Shown here piece after piece: positions 51,335-64,000 of a stretch of DNA of 64,000 nucleotides. A program made the translations under genes and the position numbers. The stretch's first letter is position 1; each line of letters opens with the position of its first letter. Below the pieces are notes generated by a model. The model searched no databases. It saw only the letters and a program-made list of their open reading frames with translations, and was not told the DNA's origin. Origin of the DNA: the human T2T-CHM13v2.0 reference genome, Homo sapiens; NCBI RefSeq assembly GCF_009914755.1, contig NC_060939.1; one strand, 5' to 3'.

Positions 51335-52375
51335 TTTTAATTTAACTTTTATTTTAATTTTCAGGGTACATGTGCACGTTTGTTACATAGGTAAACTTGT
51401 GTTATGGTGGTTTGATGTAGATTATTTTCATCACCAATGTACTAAGCCTAGTGCCCATTAGTTATTTTTTCTGATGCTTTCTCGCCGCCCACTCTCCACC
51501 ATCTGATAGGCCTCAGCTTGTGTTGTTCCCTGCTGTATGTTTATGTGTTCTCGTCATTTACCTCCCACTTACAAGGGAAAAAATACGGTATTTGGTTTTC
51601 TGTTTCTGCATTAGTTTGCTAAGGATAATAGCCTCCAGCTCCATCCATTTTCCTGTAAAGGACATGATATTCTTGTTTATGTCTACGTAATGTTCCATGG
51701 TGTATATGTACCACATTTTCTTTATGCAGTCCACCATTGATGGGCATTTAGGCTGATTCCATATTCTTGCTATTGTGAATAGTGCTGCAATGAACATATG
51801 CATGCATGTGTCTTCTTCGTAGAACACTTTTTATTTCTTAGGGTATATGCTCAGTAATGGGATTGCTGGGTTAAATGATATTTCTGTTTTTAGGTCTTTG
51901 TGGAATCTCCACACTGCCTTCCACAATGGTTGAACTAATTTGGACGTCCACCAACGGTGTGTAAGTAATTTCTTTGTTCCGCAACCTTGCCAGCATCTGT
52001 TAATTCTTGACTTTTTAATAATAGCCATTCTGACTGGTGTTAGATGGTATCACATTGTGGTTTTGATTTGCATTTCTTTAAGGATCAGTGAGGTTGAGCT
52101 TTTCTTCATATGATTGTTAGCCGCATATATATCGTCTGTTGAAAGTGTCTGTTGATGTCCTTTGCCCTGTTTTTTATGGGGTTGGTTTTTTTTCTTGAAC
52201 ATTTGTTTAAGTTTCTTATAGATGCTGGATATTAGACCTTGGTCAGATGCATAGTTTGCAAAACTTTTCTCCCATTCTGTAGGTTGTCTGTTCATTCTGT
52301 TGATAGTTTTCTTTTACTGTGCAGAAGCTGTTAAGTTTAATTAGATTTCATTTGCCAATTTTTGCTTTTGTTTGC
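51335..52375 (-). mobile_element. 5'-truncated older L1PA
   Basis: ORF2 C-terminal peptides (RQPTEWEK..., MFIAALFTIARIWNQPKCPS) and 3'UTR. Confidence 0.93.
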
Positions 52376-54021
52376 AAATATTTACTCTCATTCTTTGGGT
52401 GTCTTTATTTTTGATGGTGTAGCATGAATCACAAAAGTTTCAAATTCTAATGAGGTTTAATATACCTGTTTTTTCTTCTTCCCTTTTGCTTTCAGCATCA
52501 TATCTTAGAAAAGAGTGTTTAACCTAAGACCACGAAGATGCATTCCTGTGATATTTTCTATATTTTGGGCCTGTTTAGCTATTATATATAGATATATGAT
52601 GATTTTGAGTCAATTTCAGTGTGAGGCAGGAGTTCGACTTCCATGGAATATGCACTTGTTTCAGAAATATTTTATTAAAAATATTTATCCATATATAATT
52701 TATTTGGTGACATTATAAAATTATTTCGCTATAAATGTGAGTATTCATTTTTGAACATTATATTCTATTACATTGATCAACATCTATATTCTTATACTAG
52801 TACCATAAATCTTGATTACTATTACTTTGCAGTGAGTTTTGAAGTCAGGAAGTATGTATCTCCCATGCCAACCTTTTTTCTTCTTTCTCAAAATTATTTA
52901 GGCTGCTCTGTGTCTATTGCATTATATATGAATTTTAGATAAACTTTGTGAATTTAGAAAAAGGAAATGTCACCTGGGATTTTGATAGAGGTTGCATTAA
53001 ATCTATAGATCCATTTGGAAAATATTGCCAGGCTAACAACATTAACCTTTATAAGCAATGAATAGTCAAAGGTTTTTTTCCATTTTTTTCAAAATGTTTT
53101 CTATAGTTTTTGTGTATATATCATATACTTAACTTGATAAACTCATTTTTGATGCCGTCTCAAATGGAACATTCTGAATTTGTTTTAGAATGGAACATTG
53201 AACATTGTTTTAGAATGGAACATTCTGAATTTAATTGCTAGCATATAGAAATTCAGAGGATTTTATATGTATTGACCTTATATACTGTAAGTTTGTTGAA
53301 CTCATTTCTAAATTCTAACCATATTTGATTAAAGCCCTTTGGAAATTTTATACATAAGATCAGGTCATATGCCAGCAGACATAGTTTGACTTCCTTTCCA
53401 TACTGGAAGCCTTACATTTATTTTTCTAGACTAATTGCCATGTCTATATCCTCCAGTAGAATGTTGAAAACAAGTGTCAAGAGTGGAAATCCTTGTCTTG
53501 TTTCTAATCTTGGAGAAATTAGTGAACCTTTCAGATAACTTATGATGGTATGTTGGTTTTTCATGGATCCTCTTTAAAAGGAAGACAGTTCCCTTATCTG
53601 CCTCATTTGCTGCATGTCTTTCTCAGGGATTTTGAGAATTCTGAAGTGCCTATGCGTCTTCTGAGATGATTATGTGGTTTTTGTTCTTTATTATATGAAT
53701 ATAGTGCATAACGCTAGTTGTATGTTGAACCAAATTTTGCTTTCCTGAGGTAAATACCCTTGACATACTGTATAATACTTTTTACATGTTTCTGGTTTGT
53801 TTTACTAATATTTCCTTGATGATTTTTGCCCCTGTATTCATAAGGTATAGTGTTCTTCATTTTCCATATTTGAAATGTCTTTGTCTAGTTGTGGTATCAG
53901 AGTAAACTAACTCTGTATATAATGGGAAATCATGCCTTCTCCACTTTTTTGAAATAATTTGTAATAAATTAGTATTAATTTTTTAAGTCATTCTAATAAT
54001 TCACTAATGAATTCTTCTTGA

Positions 54022-54212
54022 TGAGGTCAGAGAGGTTAATCCTAAGAACAGTTACATGAGCTTGGAAGGAGACCCTTCCCCAGCTGAGCCTTAGCCTGGA
54101 CCATCACCTACATCTGGACTGAAGACCTAGAGAAACAGTGAGTAATATGTGTGTGGTTTTGAACCACTAAGATGTGTAGGAATTTGTTATGCACCAAGTC
54201 ATAAGTAATATA
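54022..54212 (+). mobile_element. MLT1 3' fragment, landmark 5
   Basis: Closest paralogue of 1085-1278. Confidence 0.8.
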
Positions 54213-54287
54213 CTTGAAAGTAATTGCAATGTGGTATTCTGGGTTAGGTCTTTGAACAGATAAATATATCATTATTAGAAATTCTGA

Positions 54288-54888
<601 letters not shown>

Positions 54889-55214
54889 TTATCTAGTTGC
54901 CTTTCCAAACCCAGGTGAACCTGCTTCAAGAAGGCACCATCAAGCTCCAGGGACTGTCATCCTTTTTCTCCTTCTCCGTTACGCACTTAGCAGTTAGAGT
55001 GTCAGAAACCACTTATTCAGATAAAGTTGCCTTTCCTTCACATATCCCGGAAATCCCCATGTGTAGACATCACTTCGCAGTGTATATTCAGGATCCCACT
55101 GAAGCATTTTTGGGAGATATGACTCTCAGATATTAGAAGGCAAGAATAAGAAATTTCAGTGACAGGGAACATAAATCATATTTCTGCATTCAGGATAATG
55201 TTTTCTTGGTACAG

Positions 55215-55399
55215 GGATTTCTTCTTCAAGTAATCAAAAGACAACTGTACCTTCAAACATTTCAGAAAAATATGTTCTAATTTAGCTATTTTGATTCTAC
55301 AGACTCTATCAGGAATCACTTGGGACTGTGCATTCTGTTGACACTCACTTTGTGGAATTAAGTTGCCCACTGCCAACCCTAAAGCCACCAAGGTAGCAG
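55215..55399 (+). ncRNA. Putative internal non-coding exon, copy E (alternative acceptor gives 55303-55399)
   Basis: ttttcttggtacag| and ttgattctacag| acceptors; cag|gtaagc donor; the short form is 97 nt as in A. Confidence 0.45.
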
Positions 55400-57779
55400 G
55401 TAAGCAGAATACAACAAATGTTTCTAATAAATTGGTTTGGGCCAGTCCCTACTTGCAGAGACCTGTATATGAATCTTTTACACAACAGATTTTTTGCAGT
55501 TGGATGCTAGTAAGTGGAGAAAGCAGCTGACAAAGTGCTGAGCAATGAGTCTCCAGACAAACTCTAGCTGCATGGAAGATGTGATTTCCCACAATATCTT
55601 AAACCAACAGTTCCTTAGAGGCTGGCCTGGACACCACAATTCTAAAAGAGATACCATTTAAGAGAAACCAAATTCTAGACCAGATCATGAGGCAAACACC
55701 CAACACTTTGTTTCCACGCTCTAACCTGATTAGAAGTTGGAGTTCAATGGAAGAATGTCTTGGATATTTGAGAGCATGACTTTATCTTTATTTAATTTAG
55801 CCTTGCTGGAATTTAAAACTGTAGGGCAAAATTCAGTCAACCTCCTAAATTATGTGAGTTTTTGTTTTTGTATGTGAGTTTCTGCATACACATAAAGAAA
55901 CTCCCATAGTTTAGGAGGTTGACTGCATTTTGGGTATATAGAAATTCATACTTTATGTGTTTCTTCTTCAATCAGTATATTCCTGAGGGAAAACCAAAAG
56001 CAATCCTCAAATCCAAGTACCCAAATTAGGGTTGAGCAAAGTAGCAAGGGGGCAGATTAAAACATTTTATAAAGACCATTATGCATCTACTTCTGCAGTG
56101 ACTAATTACCAAGTGATTTCTATGATCACCGACCATATGGTTAAAACAGCAAATGGGAATGAAGAAAAAAGAGTTACATAAATGTTATAGCTGAAAGCAT
56201 GGAATTTATAATGAAGCTTACAAGGGTCATTGGTCAAATTCCTAAGATTGCAGTGGGAAGTTTCAAGATACAGCTTTTTCTAGGTCTTTAGAAAGCTATC
56301 ACTCGAGTGAATTTTTCAAGTAACTCTTTATAATTTCTATCTTCTTCCTCAATGGATTTCTTAAACCATAATTCATAAAACTACATTTCCATGCATAACC
56401 GAAGAATTATAGAATTCCACTAATAACTGTAATGTCTCTAATAGCTATGTAGAATGTAAATACACTTGGTAAACTTATGTGATAAGATTTAAGCATGTTT
56501 CTTCAATAACAGATAAGAATACAGTTGATGAGCCACCATAATCTAACACTGAGAAATGGGCAGTCACAGAGGACAGTGTATTCCATTCATCGTAGAGGGC
56601 ACATTTTCACTTTTATGAAGCACAGATGCACCTTAAATTTATTAGTGTTAAAACATTATTGACGAGAAGGTGACCATAACGTGATTGTCCTCATTTACAT
56701 ATACATGAGCTTGGTCTATAAACCTTCCATTGACATCTTCAGGTCATATCATCAACATCATGTCTTGCATAGGGGGTTTCAGACGGTTGGAAAGATAAAC
56801 TCACAGGAGCAACATAGGAATCTCGCAAGAAGTGCAGCATCACCAAAGCGTCAGATTAGCACAGGTGATAATAATATGGGGAAAATCATGAGCAGATGAG
56901 TTGAAGAGTGATTCAGGAGAGTTACATCTCAATGAGAGAAAATTTAGGAAAACCTTTGTCAATGTATTTTTCTTGTATGTTCCATCCCATGTAGGAATGA
57001 CACAAGACAAATATCCACATGTATGCACATTGAAAATATTTTTTCCAGTAATTGTAATGTATTTATGTTATTACTATGTGATTTATTTATAAGTGATAAA
57101 AGTACTAGTTTCTTCATTTGTTAGTGGTTTTGTTCTTCCATTCTGGTGTATGAAATAATGACATGTTACAATACACAAATGATATATCTCACAATTTATT
57201 AGAAAATTAATTTTTAGGGGTTAGTATAGGGTTGATAATACACTACAAGCTTTATATGTTATCATTTCATACAATCCACACTGACATCTCAAGAAGTAAG
57301 CATGATTTTCACATCTGTGGTCCATTTTGGAGTCTGAGCTGACTTTCTGCAGGAAAGGTATAAAGGAACCTTGAGTTTGATACTGTCTGCCCCAGAGTCT
57401 TTGCTCACTTTGACTATGTAGAATGTGTCTTGTATTACATGGTAAATAATTTTCAGGTCTCGTTAGACAGCTCAGCCTACCCTCTGTCATGAAGATATTT
57501 TCCTAAATTGTTTTCTGAATATTATTTTTATATTTCAGCCTATGAACCAACTAGAATTGATTTTGTGTGTATGTGAGGTCAAAGTTCAGATCTTGGTTAT
57601 TCCCTGTGGATATTCAATTTCCTGGAACACTTTAATAAAAATTGGTCTTTCCCCCATGCATCAATGTATAAATTAATTTTTGTATATGTATATGTGTGCA
57701 TTCTAGCTCTGTTTTTATTTTTTAAGTTACTGGTTGTTTCTTCTATCTTTGTGCAAATTCCACACTGTCTTATTATTAT

Positions 57780-58083
57780 CATTATTATTATATATATATT
57801 TTTTGATACAGAGTCACTCTGTTGCCCAGGTTGGAGTGCTATGGTGCAATCCTGGCTCACTGCAACCTCCTCCTCCAGGGTTCAACGATTCTTGTGCCTC
57901 AGCCTCCCGAGTAATGGATTATAAGTGTGCACCACCACACCCGGCTAATTGTTTTTTATTTTTATTAGAGATGGAGCTTCACCATGTTGGGTAGGCTGGT
58001 CTCGAACTCCTGATCTCAGGTGATCTGCCCGCCTCGGCCTCCCAACATGCTGGGATTACAAGTGTGAGTCACTGCACCTAGCC
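57780..58083 (-). mobile_element. AluS, E-specific
   Basis: TSD cacactgtcttattatta; empty site at ~4841. Confidence 0.95.
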
Positions 58084-58577
58084 CACACTGTCTTATTATT
58101 AAGAGAGTCTATTTAGAACAATAATTTTTTCTCCAGAGGTTGCTTTATATATTTTCTTTTCTAAGAGAGAGAGAAGATTTCATCCTGTTGTCCAGTGAGG
58201 GTATAGTGGCTCAATCGTAGAGCAGATTCTGTGTTCGAACTACTGGGATCAAATGATACTCCCCTCTCAGCCTCCTGAATAGCTAGGACTACAGGCACAA
58301 GCCACCATGCCTGGTTAATTAATTTTTTTTTTTTGGTAGACACCAGGTCTTCCTGTGTTTCCCATGCTAGTGTAGAACTCTTAGCCACAAGCAATCCTCC
58401 CTGCTTTGTCTCCCAGGGTGCTAAGATTACAGGTGTAAGCCACTGTGCCTGTCCCAGAGCCTCTTCTTTTAGCCACGGTACTTCTCTATAATGAAGTAAA
58501 AAATGTAACAACCTGCATGTCTTGCACCTACACCAATACTTTCAGCTGTACCTTGAGTAAAGCTGTAGGTTTAGAAC

Positions 58578-58903
58578 TTTTTTTAAAAAAAGAATAAATT
58601 TTAATTTTTTTTTTGAGACAGGATCTGGCTCTTACACCTGGGCTGGAGTACAGTGGCAAGATCTTGGCTCACTGGAGCCTCGACTTCTGGACTCAAGCAA
58701 TCCTCCCACCTCACTTTCCCAAGTAGCTAGGACCACAGGTGCACAACTCCATGTCCAGTTAAATTTTTTTTTTTTGTATTTTTTGTAGAGATGGGGTTTC
58801 ACCTTGTTGCCCAGGCTGATCTCGAATTCCCGAGTTCAAGCAATCCACCCACCTCAGCCTCCTGAAGTGCTGGGATTACAGGTGTGAGCCACCACACCCG
58901 GCT
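58578..58903 (-). mobile_element. AluJ-like, E-specific
   Basis: TSD ggtttagaactt; empty site at ~5315. Confidence 0.93.
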
Positions 58904-58989
58904 GGTTTAGAACTTAGAACATTGCTGTAGACTCTTAAATCCCTTAATATCCTTGTGAATCTTAGACAATCCCCCAACACCACTCCCCA

Positions 58990-59208
58990 CTTTATGTATA
59001 CTTTCAGCAACAGCCAGTAGTACTGAAAACCTTGAGATGCACCCATAGTAACCTCCTGCACTGGTGTAGATGCCCCTGTGACAGATTGTTTCTCCTCCGG
59101 ACCATGTCCACCAAAATCAAAGCCACATGGGAGCCTCTGAGCTCAGAGACACTGTCTGGGGTCTCCATGCACAAGGGCAGCAGCTCCCTGTCCTTTCTGT
59201 TGGTGAGG
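58990..59208 (+). promoter_or_regulatory. First-exon/promoter-like module, copy E
   Basis: cagcaacagccagtagt...gaaaacctt...ctctgagctcagag...ccatgcacaagg...ctgttg|gtgagg (donor at 59203). Confidence 0.45.
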
Positions 59209-60426
59209 TGGGGAATTCAGTTCTTTTGAATAAGGCTGAGTTTATTCAGTACTGATTCTGCTGGCTGACCAGTGATACCTTAAGACTTTATTTCTTGCAT
59301 TGTAGTGTTTATCCTGGTTTTGATATGATTTGTTGTGCAAATGTGTTTAACACTTGGATGTAATTTTTTCTTTTTTTGTTCTCATAAACATCATCTAAAA
59401 ATTTTTATTTTTGTGTTGTGTATTTAAGGTCTTTATTCCTCTTTTAAAAATGCATTCACAATTATTTTTCAATGAACACTTTTAATTATTTTAATCTTTT
59501 CTCATATTTCTCCTAAACTGAATGTGAATATCACTTTTATTAGAAAAGACAGATGTTACACATTCTCTGTTTTATGTTTTTGTACAAATTTTCTCTGAAA
59601 TGTCTCTGGTTGAAAAGGAGAAGGACAGAAACTGTTCTGGAAGCCACAAGGCAAAATTGGCTCAGATCCTCATGCTTAAAAAGATGTGTGAAACTTTCCA
59701 TTATATGGCTTAGTTTGCTGTACGTGTGGAAGGTTAACAAAGTATTGATTTGTGTAGCGGTACAGTAACACTTCACGTCTGAATAGAAGGAACAACCACT
59801 TCCTAACTGTGCAGGTGTGAACTTCATGATGTTGCTTTATCTTCTCCTTATACAAATATTTAGACAATGCCTGGACTCCATAATTCCTTCCACCTCACTT
59901 CCATAAATGTGTACATGACATTTCTTTGTACAGATCACCTATTCTATTAGAAATTATTTTTTCTTAGTTTTGATGAGTGATTATTAAATTTGGTTTTAGT
60001 TCTCAGAGATATAAAAAATACAGCTTAGAAAATGTGTACATTGAGTGCTGTAATCAGAAAATACTTTTGTGCCATTGACTTGTAAAAAGGGAATTTCAAT
60101 TTTTTTGTTTATTGTCATTTTCACCTACCTTAATATTCTCAAAAGGCTTTCATGATTATGCTCCTTTTAGATTTTAATTTTTGTTGTCTTAGTCAAAAAA
60201 CATGCGAGGGTTGGAAACACTTGTTCAAGATGTGTGAGACATGAGCAATCAACAGAGCAAAAACACTGGTATTTTATGGGAATATGTAATAATAGATGGG
60301 CACTTGCCCTGCTAGGTATGGCAGCAGTCAGGGTCTGTGGGCTTCAGTGCTGTATACAGAATTGACAGATCCTGCTTTAAGGAAAAAAGTGCCCCTCATC
60401 TGTCGTACGACAGCCTGGCACCATTT

Positions 60427-64000
<3,574 letters not shown>

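Overview
Primate (human-like) non-coding genomic DNA: AT-rich and dense in Alu, L1, MaLR (MLT1/MST/THE1), ERV1 and ERVL remnants. I can support no intact protein-coding gene; the ORF track is TE-derived (Alu, L1 ORF2 C-termini, ERV env, MST-int) or looks spurious. The dominant hidden structure is an old head-to-tail array of five diverged copies of a roughly 11-kb ancestral unit: A <1-~13.7k, B ~13.7k-31.7k, C ~31.7k-43.25k, D ~43.25k-48.2k, E ~48.2k->64k. Each copy has been edited by its own TE insertions and deletions. The apparently non-TE core of the unit carries two plus-strand exon-like modules: an internal exon with a conserved acceptor and donor, and a GC-richer first-exon/promoter-like module ending in a GTGAGG donor. 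This suggests a lncRNA built from repeated exons and alternative promoters. From memory only (unverified), the module resembles the duplicated SNURF-SNRPN upstream exons / PWRN region of 15q11.2. Other highlights: a 3,014-bp foreign insert with a perfect 13-bp target-site duplication nested in an internally deleted L1; a lone CpG island with a 65-nt exon-like segment; an abrupt identity step between copies A and E; an env remnant with two tandem TM-ectodomain segments; and an inverted-duplication scar in copy E. Coordinates and TE subfamily calls are by eye and approximate unless exact bases are quoted.
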